Position numbers and translations under genes: made by a program. From the NCBI GenBank assembly GCA_951406725.2, contig OX597817.1, forward strand, positions 40,176,001 through 40,240,000: a DNA stretch of 64,000 nt, read 5' to 3'. Numbering within the stretch: the first letter of the stretch is position 1; every line of letters starts with the position of its first letter. Below, piece by piece: positions 10,953-24,523 of this stretch. The notes below the pieces were generated by a model. The model worked only from the letters and a program-made list of their open reading frames with translations, made no database searches and was not told where the DNA came from. Source of the stretch: Octopus vulgaris (lineage: Eukaryota).

Positions 10953-11952
10953 TGCCCACCACAACAGAATTGAGAGCCTAAAACCAAGGTGCCACAGAGA
11001 AAGCCATATGAAACTGGTTAGAATGAAAGTGTATGCAAATCTACCAGATGAACCATGTCTGCAGTAGTGATGGCCAGTTTTGTCACACAATGTGTCATGT
11101 GGTATTGTCTGAGAATTACAGTAAGAGTAGTTACTTTATATGTGAAATATAAAGTTGTATTATGATTCCATAACTTGGTAGTTCCATTGGTCAGGCAACT
11201 TGAATATTCTCAAAGAATCCACTGACTCCATTACTTGGAGTACACAGTCGAAATGGTTTTATCTTCTATCATTGATCATTTATCCTTTACTTGTTTCAGT
11301 CATTAGAACGTGGCCATGCTTTGAAGAATTTTTGGTCAAATGAATCAACCGCAGCACTTATTTCATTTTTAAGTCTGGTACTTATTCTATCAGTCTCTTT
11401 TGCCAAACTGCTAAGTTATAGAGATGTAAACACCAGCAGCAGTTGTCAAGCAGTGGTGGAGGACAAACACACACATAATGGGCTTTTTCAGTTTCTGTCT
11501 TCTAAATCCACTCACAAGGCTCTGGTCAGCCCGAGGTTATAGTAGAAGACACTTGCCCATGGTACCATACAGTGGGATTGAACCTGGTATGGTTATGTGG
11601 TTGTGTTGTTGGAAAGCAAGCTTCTTACCACACTACGATACCTACGTTAATGAGGAAATTAGTGAACTACCAACTCATTCATGGGTGATGGGTTCAAATT
11701 TGCCGGCAGGAGTTTTTCTGACATTTCCAAGAAGAATATTTAATTCTGTATGACTGAGTTCCCATAGCTGCTTGAAATCAATAACAAATCAATATTATGG
11801 GTCATTAATTGATAGATATCCGTGATATCAAAGGTCAAGCAGCTGGCTTTATTCATTGCATTAATGAGTCAGATATATATATAGATATTTATAATCTTGT
11901 GTGTGTAGATATATATGTGTATATATGTGTGTGTATGTGCATGTGTGTGTGT

Positions 11953-11989
<37 letters not shown>

Positions 11990-12705
11990 ATGTTTATACA
12001 TGTAGATGTAGGAGTGTAATTTGAGGGAGATTTGGCTGCTATTCATAAGCAGCTAAATCAAGCAGAAGACACTTTCTACTATATAACTATAGATACATTA
12101 TATCTGAATGAGAACACGATGGTCATAGCACAGATTCTTTTGATCATAGCTCTGCTCAATCACAGCTGTCCAGGGGCTAAACAACAACGATAACATGTAA
12201 ATGTGTATATATGTATATACATGTATATTTGAAAGTACACAAACGTACACACACATGCTTCAAATGTAAGGCACAAAGCTACTGACGCTCCATAGCATGA
12301 ATAAATGGTTTTGCCACCAATCACAGACAGGTAGTCATCCTTCCAGTTCATATGAATAATACATATGAACGTACTGAACTGCCTCAAAGGAGAGCGAAAA
12401 TCTTTATTATTTTTTGAAGACAGTGAGTTGGCAAAATTGTCAAAATACTAACTAGATGTATATGTATTTTAGCATTTAACTTCATCCATCCATATAATAA
12501 GATCAAATCCCGGTTGCATAGTCTTTGACTATCATTTCTCTCTCTCTCTCTCCCCCACTCTCTCTGTCTCATATTTAATAAAATAATGTACCAGACACAT
12601 TCTTTAGTTGAGTGAATCAACTGCAGAACATGGTGTACAGTCTATTTTTGAGGCTATAATTTGTAGCCTTGTGCTGGTTATAAGAAATTGTTATAAAACT
12701 ATATG

Positions 12706-12771
<66 letters not shown>

Positions 12772-12960
12772 GTTAGTTGGCGGCAGCCTCTGTCCACCTT
12801 TAGGAGATAATAGTAAAAAAAAAAAGAGCGACTTAAATTGTAGATTTTACAGATAGACCATATTTTGTGTAGTGCAGTATATTTAATTTATAGTCCTTCC
12901 ATAATTGGCAAATTTCCAAGTATGTTTGTGTCACTTAATATCATTTTTATTTCTTATAAG

Positions 12961-13160
12961 TATATTCTCAGAATATTTTTCTTAACTTGGATGGACTTGG
13001 TATTTCTGTTTTGGAATCTGGAATAGAAGAAATAACGGAAACCTGTCTCCAGAATAAATTACAGATATTACAGTAATAAAAATATTTCAGGCAGCAACAA
13101 AACAAAACAAAAAGTTGGTGGGATAATGAGATGACAAAGAATATTATTGGAATGGTTGAG
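12961..13160 (+). pseudogene. Decayed nesprin-like exon
   Basis: YSQNIFLNLDGLGISVLESGIEEITETCLQNKLQILQ** then, with frameshifts, KIFQAATKQNKKLVG / IMR*QRILLEWLR. Resembles SYNE1 GQRLLEQGQVDDRDEFNLKLTLL...IRQWQ...LRKWL. Confidence 0.55.
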
Positions 13161-14051
13161 GTGCTGTTTGTTGTGATGGTGGTGCCTGTTGTTGTGATGA
13201 TGGTCTCGTGGTAGTAATGTGTTGATGATGGTGGTGGTTGTGGTGGTGATGTAGGTGGTGGTGGTGGTGGTGTGGTGATGCTGCTGCTGCTGTTAACGGT
13301 GGAGGGGAGAAGGAGGAGGAAACAAATATTTAGCTCCTGCTTTGTTTTGCTTATCTAAGTGCAGTTCTCTGTAGCAAAAACAAATTATCTCAGGTTAGAA
13401 ATAAATAAAGAAGAAACAAAAAAGAAATGCAAATATACCAAAATGGAAACAAAAGTCTGTTTTTCTTTTTTGTTTTTTTGATATTTCCTCTATAGCTACT
13501 AGTCTTGTACTATTCTATGTTTTGGCATCTGAGATTTCCTATATGGCTACCAGTGCTCCATTCTATACTTTGAGACCATACTTTTCTGTATATTGTTTTA
13601 ATTTTGTTGTTATTGTTTTCTCATAACCATTGTTAATGAAACTTACCAGGTAAAGATTGATACAGTTTCTACGAGATTATTGGAATAAAGTAATCAAGTA
13701 ATACAGACCCAGGCTGTTGATAATTTGGTATATCAACCATCTAGCTATATATATTGGTATTTTTTTTAGCAAACTAAGAGAACTGTGTGTGATTGACAAG
13801 AAAACTTCAGTCTAACATAACAGCTTTCTTCATAATTATGTATCATTTTATTCTGGACGTAGCATGGTTAAATGGTTAAGAAGATTTGCATTGCAGTCAC
13901 AAGGTTCTGGGTTCAACCTTACTGCATGGCATCTTGGGTGAATGATTTTCACCATTGCCTCAAATTGACCCTAGGTTTGTGAGTGAAATTAGGTAGTTGG
14001 AAACTGTGTTGATGTCATGTGAATGAATTATACCTGTAATTCAAAGGTATA

Positions 14052-14354
14052 TTCTGTTGTGTCTGGGGAGAGTAATTTTCTTTTTGTGCCTTATAATTTA
14101 ACACACTCACCGGTAAAATTTTCACTAATTTCTTATTTTTATTTTCCAAAAATTTTCGTTGCGCCTTGCAACCTTTTCAGTAGTCTTCAAAATGCTGCAA
14201 GACACAACAAAAATTTTAGAAAAATAAAAATAAATAAGTGGAAATTTTACCGGTGAGTGTGTTAAATTATAAGGCACAAAAAGAAAATTACTCTCCCCAG
14301 ACACAACAGAATATGCTTCAACACACAAACTCACATAAAGAATCTTGCAAACCA
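14052..14354. repeat. Fold-back insertion with ~120-bp inverted arms and 14-bp TSD
   Basis: Arms at about 14050-14170 and 14193-14313. AATTCAAAGGTATA is duplicated at 14038-14051 and 14355-14368. Confidence 0.85.
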
Positions 14355-14615
14355 AATTCAAAGGTATAGTCTTTATCACAAAACTACTATGATGAATCTA
14401 CCTGAGGATTATATTTATGGTCTATGTAGGCACAGATGTGGCTGTGTGTTTCAGAAGTTTACTTCACAGCCATGTGGTATTGGGTTCAGTCTTACTCTGT
14501 TGCATCTTGGGAAAGTTTTCTCAACTACAAACTTGAGTCAATCAAAGCTTTGTGATTGGGTTTGGTTAACAGAAATTGAAAGAAGCCTATCATATATATA
14601 GATATAGATATATGT

Positions 14616-14714
<99 letters not shown>

Positions 14715-15117
14715 ATGAATGGAGAAAGAGGGAGAGACTAAGAGACGCGTGTACATATGATACACATCTCTCTCTCTCTCTCTCTGTGAGCTGGCCAAAG
14801 CCTTGTGAACGGACTTGGTAAACCAAAACTGATAAAAGCCAGACGTATATATGTGTGTGTATGTATATATGTATGTATGTGTGTGTGAGACCTTGTCTTT
14901 ACATTTCATGGTGGTTGTAAATGAGTGTCACATGTCTGGCCAGGGGGAAAATAATACCTTGCTAGGGTACAGGTGAGGGTTGATGACAGGAAGGGCATCC
15001 AGCTATAGAAAATATGCCTCAGTAAACTCCTTGCAAGCATGGAGGAGAAAGCATTAAAATGATGACGATGACAGTGGTGGTGCTAGTGCTAGTGGTGGTG
15101 GTGCTAGTGGTGGCGGT

Positions 15118-15161
<44 letters not shown>

Positions 15162-15339
15162 ATTTACATACTAATTCAATGAGTAGATAAACAAGCAGAT
15201 TGAATGATTGAATCCTCATTGTCAAAACTTAAGGAGATCAATGTGCTTTTAATTTATTCACTGCATCATCTCATGGCAATGTTCTATAGATTAAGCTGAC
15301 ATAATTTAATAGCTTGATATTCTTCTAATCGCTAATCAT

Positions 15340-15545
15340 TGGCTCAGTAAACCTGGTGTATTTATTAGTATAATATCAGCACTACATTGAGACACTCTGA
15401 AAGCTTAGAGAATCCAATGGGAGAAAGAAATCAAGCAAGAATCTAAAAACAGTCCACTATCACTACGACAATGCATGACCTCTTACATTTGTGGCAACAA
15501 ATCTAGCAACCAGCATACTGAGCTGGTCTGTGTTTCCTTCCTTCC
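15340..15545 (+). mobile_element. Decayed mariner transposase fragment
   Basis: YIETL*KLRESNGRKKSSKNLKTVHYHYDNA*PLTFVAT...LSWSVFP matches the mariner HDNARPH catalytic region. Confidence 0.75.
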
Positions 15546-16334
15546 ATCATGCAGTTCCATAAGTGCAGGAACAAAATTTCCTTAGGGTGTGCAAACCCAG
15601 GACCAAACCTTTTTATGAATAAGGTTGAATTTTTTTCATCTTAATATCAGAACAAGCACAGATATAATAAAGGTTTCAAATTTTGGCACAAAGCCAATGA
15701 TTTCAAGGGTGCAGGCAAGTCAGTTACATTGACCTTGGTGGAATTTGAACTCAGAATGTAAAGACGGACAGAATGCCACTAAGCTTATTGCCGAGCATGT
15801 TAAAGATTCTGTTATCTCACTGCCTTAAACGCATCTCTTTTATCTTTTTTACTTGTTTCAGTCATGTGATTGTGGCTATGCTGGAGCACCGACTTTAGTC
15901 GAGCAAATTGACCCCGGGACTTACTCTTTGTAAGCCTAGTACTTATTCTATTGGTCTCTTTTGCCGAACCGCTAAGTTACGGGGACATAAACACACCAGC
16001 ATCGGTTATGAAGTGATGTTGGGAGGACAAGCACAAACACACGTGCTCTCATACATGTACATACACACACATACATGCAGAGAGAGAGGTAAATTTCCAA
16101 ATTAGGTTGGTAGGGATATACAATCCTAGCAGGTACTGTATTGGCTTTTACTGGTTAATAATGCTGGCTAACCTCCATAAATGTAGAAAAACTTCAGTTT
16201 GTTTATTTTACTATCTTCAGTAGATCTTCACATCAGTATATCCACATTTCTCTATAGTGACTGCATGCTGTTGGAAGAGAAGAAATAATAATAATCTCTG
16301 TTCACCTTATTATTAATTTATTATATATATATAT

Positions 16335-16828
16335 CATCATCATCATCATCATCATCGTTTAATGTCTGCTTTCCATGCTAGCATTGGTTGGACAATTTGA
16401 GTGAGGACTGGCAAACCAGATGGCTGCACCAGGCTCCAGTCTTGATCTGGCAAAGTTTCTACAGCTGGATGCCCTTCCTAACACCAACCACTTCAAGAGT
16501 GTAGCAGGTGCTTTTACGTGCCACCGGCATGAGGACCAGTCAAGCGGTACTGACAACAGCCACACTCAAATGGTGTTTTTTACGTGCCACCTGCACAGGA
16601 GCCAGTCCAGCGGCACTGGCAACGACCTTGCTCAAATGTTTTTTTATGTACCAGTAAGGCGACACTGGTAACGATCACGTTTGAATGGTGTTTTTTACGT
16701 GCCACCAGCATGGAAGCCAGTTAGCTGCTCTGGCAATGATCACACTCGGATGGTGCTCTTAGCGTTCCACTAGCACAGATGCCAGTCATCAAATTTGATT
16801 TCAATTTCAATTTCACTTGCCTCAACTT
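16335..16828 (-). mobile_element. 5'-truncated RTE LINE 3'UTR copy
   Basis: Homologous to 4888-5300 including the (GAT)n tail. Similar copies at about 17090-17420(-), 26300-26690(+), 37630-37912(+) and 58880-58968(+). Confidence 0.85.
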
Positions 16829-17454
16829 GTGTATATATATATATATATACATGCATACATGTGAGGCTTCTTTCAGCTTCTGTCTACCAAATCCAATACA
16901 AAGCAATCACATGAAAACATGGCCAACCATGAGGAAATATTACTTTGCTCAGAAACAGGTCAAGTTGGTGACAGGAAGAACATCTTAGTAAATTGGTCTC
17001 GAGGAATTTCCTCTGACCTAAGCAAACATGGAAAAGTAGATGTTAAAACAATGATGAGAATGATTATATATACATACACATATATATATATATCATCATC
17101 ATCATGTAGCATCCGTTTTTCATGCTTGAATGGACTGGACAGTTTAACCAGACCTGGCAAGCCCAAGAGCTGCACCAGGTTCTAGTCTGATTTGGCTTGG
17201 TTTCTATGGCTGGATGACCTTCCTAATGCCAACCACTTTACAGTGTGCTGGGTACTTTTGATGTGGCATCATACATGTACTTTTACATGGCACCAGCACA
17301 AAAGCTTTTTACATGGCACCAGCACAAGGCTCTTCCAGGCCCCTTTTTACCAGTGGGCTTTAGTAAGGATCTTCTTGAGTACAGTAAGGCACCAGCTATT
17401 GTGGTACTTTGTCATCTCATCTGAAAGGTTCACACATATATGCTTTCTGAAATG

Positions 17455-17850
17455 GGCGCAGGAGTGGCTATGTGGTAAAAAGCTTGCTTCCCAACCACAT
17501 AGTTCTGAGTTCAGTCCCACTGCATGGCACCTTGGGCAAGTGTCTTCTCCTGTAGCCTCGGGCCGACCAAAGCCTTGTGAGTGGATTTGATAGATGGAAA
17601 AAGAAAGAATCCCATCATATATATGTGTGTGTGTATGTTTGTGTGTCTGTGTTTGTCCCTCCACCATCGCTTGGCAACTGATGTTGATGTGTTTACGTCC
17701 ACGTAACTTAGTGGTTTGACAAAAAGAACTGATAGAATAGGTACTAGGCTTACAAAGAATAAGTCCTGGGGTCAATTTGCTCAACTAAAGCCAGTGCTCC
17801 AGCATGGCCACAGTCAACTGACTGAAACAAGTAAAAATATAAAAGAATAA
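17455..17850 (+). mobile_element. SINE family 1, full length
   Basis: Collinear with 45300-45730. Confidence 0.88.
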
Positions 17851-18046
17851 TAAACATACTCTTCATTTTAATGGCTCCAGAGAGGTTTTTTGCTGTTGCA
17901 CAAGCACTGAGATCTGAGCACATTGCTTCTTATAGCAGAAACTGCTGTAACTTAATGAAGTTGATTACTTCATTTCTGTTCCCTTATCATTCAGCAATTA
18001 ATATATATGCTTGTGTATATGTGTGTGTGTATATATATATACTTAG

Positions 18047-18082
<36 letters not shown>

Positions 18083-18466
18083 CTTCATACATATATGTAT
18101 GTGTGTGTAACATTCTTACACTTTCTCTGTTTCTGCTTAATTATCTTGTTCATTCTCTATTCTCTCTTTCCTTCTCCACCTTAGTTTGTGGTGTGTTGTT
18201 AATCTTGTTGCTTTTGAGATCTTTTATGTTATTGTTTGTTGATTGTCATACTTTCGGTTCATTAAAAGAAATTAGATGATACAGCCTCTGTGTATATATA
18301 CATGTGCGTTCATATCATCTGTGTCGGCATGCATCTGTATGTCTGTACATGCATGTGTATGTATGTTTATGTCTGTATTTGTGGTTATTTTTGTTACAAA
18401 AACAAAAGCTTCTAATTTTAACTTGATACCATCCCCAAAATATGAATTTGTGTAAATATTATTTCT

Positions 18467-18575
<109 letters not shown>

Positions 18576-18578
18576 CAT

Positions 18579-18618
<40 letters not shown>

Positions 18619-19559
18619 GTATATTTAAACATATTTAAATTTATATATTTAAATATATTTATATTTGCATGTTTATATATATAGTTATATATTTAAATGT
18701 ATTCAGATTTGTATGTTTATACACATATATATGTAAATATAAATATATATACTTAAATACGTTGATATTTTTATATTTATATTTATATATGTAAATTTTT
18801 ACATATATATATATATTTATATATACACACACACACACACACACACATAAACATATAAATATATATTTAGATATAACACAACTTAATTGACATTTTCCAT
18901 TTATCTATAAAATGTTCAATAAATATTTAACTAGTTAAAAAATTCAGGGTTGTAAAATGTGTCTGTATGTTGCAATATGGAAGAGAATTTGAAAACCCAG
19001 ATATACAAACACACACACACACACGGGTAAATGTTCAAAGGAAAGTAAATGGCACTTAACACATGTTAAAATTATTTATTAGAAGGTTAACTCAACCCTA
19101 CATTACATAACATTTCATAAACATAGATCGCTGCCTAAATCTTTCAGATATCAAGGACCAGCATGAAGTGAAATAAAATTGGATTGTAATTGAGAATATT
19201 TGGGAGCCTCTATAGGTCACTACCAGTCACATGACTAAATTGATAATATAATAACTGAAAATTTTGTTTGTTGTTCCATGTGGTTGCTGGGACAGCCTAG
19301 CTGTTCCAGTTGGTCTACAAACTGACAGCTTATCAATTTAGGGTTGAGAAGGAATGTGTGCTTGCTGTTCCATGTGATGAGGTAACCATTGCATTGGAAT
19401 TACATTATTTATCAATGTGTAAACAACGTCCTGTATGTCAGCAGTAGTAGACTGCAGTGGTGGTCATCAGAAGGAAAATAATTTCACTATGCTTAGGCTG
19501 GAGTTGTTTACCCTGCAATATCATGTGGTCCAACTAGAGTTAAAATGATTAAGGAGTAT

Positions 19560-20560
19560 TAGCAGCCAGTTGCTTGAAGTTTAATGATGAGGTTTTAAAT
19601 TGATGATAGCAATAAAATAGATTGGTCTTTCCTATCAATAGATACAGCAGACAGTTGCATTATATGCAGTTTTGCGCGGAGGCAAAACTGGCCATTTCAA
19701 GCTCCATGTGACTAAAAGCTTTGTTATTTGTCTGATATTGAGGAAATTGTTTCTTTGATCCTGGGTCTCCAGAACATGTCAATAAAGTTTTCTCAGTCCA
19801 TGCACCTGAAGGAGGGCATATGTTGAAATCATTGTCTGTTAATACCATTAGATATGAGGGTAAATCCTACCATTACATATGAAGGTAAATCATGGCTTTT
19901 GAGATGCAGGATCCCCAGTTCCAGTGGACATTTTGTGAGGTTTGATCAGTTATTGAATTAAGTGTGGGGTGGGGGGTACATATTTTTTTCTCTGTTGTAA
20001 CATGCTATGTTAGACTCATTATTATCTAGGCATTAGTAACTAACTTTAACAGTATGGCTATTAAGAAAAATGTGTGGAACTTATGGGTGTTTGGATAGTA
20101 CTGTCTTATCTGGGACACAAAGCTTCTAGCTATATTTATAGAGACATCTACATTGTATGGAGGAGTTGGTGTGTAGGTGAAGGGTCCTACAGATACACTA
20201 GCTTCTCACTGAAGCCACTCCTAGTTAGTGTTTCATTATAATGAGGTGTAGTTCTGTTGAAGGGGTTTTTTTCTGTCTACCAGTAAATTAGTGATTCTTC
20301 TGTTGATACTGATGACTAAATGTTTAGTTAGAGTTGGGGTGGTGTTTGAACTTCTTAAGTATGTAGCAGTTTCTTAGTTAAAGTTTCCTATGGGGTAGTA
20401 TTTGCCTGACTTGAGTTGACTTTCATTGAGTTGATGGTAACAACTATACTTAGGTCCAAATCTTTGAAGATATCAATAAGGTTTTTTTCCTGAATTTATC
20501 AATGGTGGAGATGTTTATATTGCTTGAGAATGCCAGACCATCATCTCGGCAAAGGCTGAA
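19560..20560 (-). mobile_element. Decayed Penelope-like element (RT C-terminus plus GIY-YIG endonuclease region)
   Basis: Minus-strand fragments LCRDDGLA, IFKDLDLSI, KSGKYYP, PPYNVDVS, NSHTVKVSY*C and WSLKWPVL...AYNATVC occur in the expected order, with many stops and frameshifts. Confidence 0.8.
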
Positions 20561-21024
20561 CTATGTAGATGTGTGTGTGTCTTTTTAGGCTAAAATTTTT
20601 TATTTATTCCAATTCAAGTGTTCCAAATAATAAGAGTGGAGATGAATTGATTTGCAAAATGTAATCAAAGAGAATAAAAAGGAACAAGCTGAATGAAATT
20701 AGGTCATTTTTGCCATAAATAATAGGCATTTAGTAGACTAAAGTGAAAGCACATGGCCAAATGGTTAGAGTGTTGAACTCACAATCATAAATCCGTGATT
20801 TCAAATCTGAGTCCGAGTGGTATATTGTGTTCATTTTACATTGCTCCAGCCCATTCAGGTGAAAATGAGTTCCAGTAACAGCTGGGGGTTAATTCCTATG
20901 GCATGAGTAACTAACTGGGAGAAACTCCAGCTTAATGGGCCTGTAATCTTGTGACAGACCAGTTTACCAATATCATTTTGCTAAGCTATATATTATGATA
21001 ACTACATAATATAATATTGGTTAA

Positions 21025-21227
21025 CCCTTTCATTACCGTATTTATTTTGAGTTGCTCTGTGTTTCTTTCAAAGAATTTAGTAAAATAATTTAGTTATCAT
21101 TAAGCTAGTGTTAGGAACATAAATTGTGACAAAGGTTTGGTGGAGGATTTTAATTCAAAACTTATGAAAACAAGACATTTGTACTACAGAACCAGAGGCA
21201 ATTTCAGCTGGGTTGGTATTGAAAGGG
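21025..21227. mobile_element. piggyBac-like MITE
   Basis: TTAA on both sides; TIRs CCCTTTCATTACC and GGTATTGAAAGGG. Confidence 0.8.
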
Positions 21228-22081
21228 TTAAGAACTCATTTTGCAAGGTTATATTCAAACAAAATTTATATAACACTATATGTCAGATATTACCTTTACT
21301 TACCTTCAATTATAGGTAGTTATGTGGAACCTTTTGTGGTGTAGTATATGAAATACTATATAATACATCAATATATAAAGAAAAACTTACAGCTGTTTTA
21401 TGACAGCCGTCTAAATTGACAATTATTTTGGAATTTAATTGAAACACACAGTGGGTGTATTTTAGTGAGAAATATAATAATGAAAGAGCTAAGGTATTTT
21501 TAAATGGGAAATAAGAATATTTCATAATTATCTCAATATACCAAACTTTAATATGACGAGATGGAAGGGTAGGCATTGAATGTCACACAAAAACAGGTTG
21601 TGTTTTTGTTTTTCACTTTTTAAGGAATGGTCTACCAAAATTGTTGAGGTGTGTCTTGGTAGCTTGTGTACTTTATATGCCATCAAATACAGTACACATA
21701 TACATTCAGACACACATGCATGCCTATCTATATATCTATCTACCTGTCTGTCTCTTTATTTGTGTGTGTGTGCATGAATGTGTATGCATATACATGTGTG
21801 TGTGTGTGTATGTAATTATATACATACATACATACACACACAGTGAGCAAGTCAGATATATACATGTATATATGTAGAAAGACAGATAGCTTGATTATAT
21901 AGATATGTCTAAATGTATTGCCTTTGATAGCATGCTTATATGTGTACACACACACACACACACATACTCGTACACACAAATAAATGTATACATACATACA
22001 TATACTTACATATATAAATACACACATATACATACAAACATATATATATATACATGCATACATACATATATATATATATAT

Positions 22082-22149
<68 letters not shown>

Positions 22150-23294
22150 TGTGATACATGTATAGCGTTCTCATACTTTCTCTGTGTCTACCTAATTATC
22201 TTGTTCATTTTCTCTTCTCTCTTTCTCTGCAGTTCACTGCCTTTCTGTGTGTGTGTGTGTGTGTGCGTGTATGTGTGCATGTGTGCGTGTTTTTACTCTT
22301 GTTAGTTTTGAGATCTTCTATATTATTATATTATTTCTTTTATTATTTTATATTATATTATTTCTCGAATGTCATACTTTTGGTTCATTAAAAGAAATTA
22401 GATCACACAGCTGTGTGATTATATGTCTCTGTGTACGTGTGTGTGTGTGTATGTATGGATGTGTTTATATGCATGCATGTTTCTACTTGTGTGAATCTAT
22501 GTTTATGTGTGTGTTTGCATGCTTGGATGCATGTGTGTGTGTGTTTGTTCGTGTATCTGTGTCAGGTTATTTTTATTATAGAAATAAATGAAGTTTCTTT
22601 CTAATTTAACTCAACACCATCCCAAAAACATGAATTTCTGGAAAAAAAATCCTATCTCTCACTTTCTTCCTCTCCCTCTCTCTCACTCTGTGTGTGTGTA
22701 TATATGTGTGTGTGTATTTCTCTTTCTATCTCATTCACTCTCTGCCACACACACACACACATAATTTCACTCACATTCACTGTGCATCCTACATAAAAAT
22801 AATACACATATACGCAATTCTTATGTATTTGTGTGTGTATGCGTGTATACATGTGTGTGTGTGTGTACATGTGTGTGTGTATGTGTAATGTTAGGTATAG
22901 TAGTATGATTTTGCCTGTAATGAAAAGTTGTTGTTTAACACTTGTATGAGCCAACCTAAGATCAAAAATAAGTTCTATCCATGACCATCATACCTTTTTA
23001 GTATATTTAGGACTATATTATATAAAACGTTTTTCCTTTTCTAAGATGGTAGGAGGCGATTAAAGATAATTTCACAGGTATTTCTAGCAATTTGAACAAC
23101 CACTTAGAGGCTCTACCTCTGGCTTATGTAATATAATGCTTAGTGCAGAGGTGTGTATTGAAAGAGAGAGAGAGAGACTTAAAGAGAGTATCAGAATAGG
23201 AGAGATAATGTTTTATAAATAGAGGTATAAACATCTTGAGTAAGAGTCTGAGCAGCACAATATGTGCATGCGAGTGAATGTACATGTGTGTGTG

Positions 23295-23330
<36 letters not shown>

Positions 23331-24502
23331 AGTATGTAATACATATGTGTGTGTGTGTATATTGTGTGTGTGTACCATTTATCTGCTTGAAAAGCATAAT
23401 GCTCTTGTGTTTAGGAGATAGATGAGTGGCAGTAGAAGGAGAGTGATGGAGTATCTTATAGTATTTGGTTGTATCTCTTTACAATCTGAGTTCGAATTCA
23501 ATCAGAATCATCCCTTTATATTTCTTCTATCCAGGGCCAGAATAAAACAAAAAGTATTGGTAACAGAGTGCACTCTGCCTTTCAACAAATGTTTGGCTAT
23601 GAGCCAAAGTATAAAGCTATATTTATGTGTTTTTAAGGAAGCATTATAGTGGATGTGATTGTTTGTGTGTGTATGTGTGCACTCATATTTGCATGTGTGT
23701 GTGTGTGTGTGTGTGTTTGTGTGTGTGTTTTTGTTTCTGTGTGTGTTTTTGTTTGTGTGTGTGTTTTTGTTTGTGTGTGTGCATGCATACATCTGTGTAT
23801 AAAATAAAATATTGTGGATGTCAATATGTTAGTCAGTGCAGCTGGTTAGCCCCACAATTCAAGATTAACTGTTGATTGAGTAGATCTATGATCCAAGGCA
23901 TTCCAGCCATGACCATTCATATTGATTTCAGAATAATGATGGAGAATATAGGATGCATAGGATAATGTTGGTCAAGATGCAATATGTATTCTTCTCTTAA
24001 AGATGGTTAAGTGTGATTTGAGGTAGATTTGGCTGCTTTTTTTTATTTAGCTAACCAAGCAACCTTCTATCTTTCGTGGCTCACTATCCTCACTTTCTCA
24101 CTGTGTGTGTGTGTGGTTGTATGTGTGTGTGGTTGTGTGTGTGTGTGTGTGTGTGTGTATGCGTTACTGATGTGTTCACTGAGAAACACATGCATATACC
24201 AAAGGTTGGGTGGGGCTAACCTGCTGTATAGTAAACTTTAGCTCGTATGTGTTTGTGTGTGCATGTGTGTATGTATGTATATATGTATGTGTGTATATGT
24301 ATGTATACATGTGTGTACGTATGCATGCATGTATGTGTAGTCACACCTGAATTCTAGTTTCTCTTTATTGTTTACTGAAGTACATATCTGAACACATATA
24401 CATATATTCAGAGTTACAACTATAATCACACACACATACACAGTAGTGTACACCCACACATACTGTCAGTTTCCTATTTATGTATGTGTATAACTTTCAC
24501 TT

Positions 24503-24523
24503 ATGGGTCACCTGAAGGATAAG
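24503..24523 (+). CDS. SYNE1: Putative first coding exon of the nesprin-like gene (MGHLKDK)
   Basis: ATG GGT CAC CTG AAG GAT AAG followed by a perfect donor (AAG|GTAAGT). Phase 0 matches the next exon. An in-frame TAA lies three codons upstream of the ATG. Confidence 0.55.
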
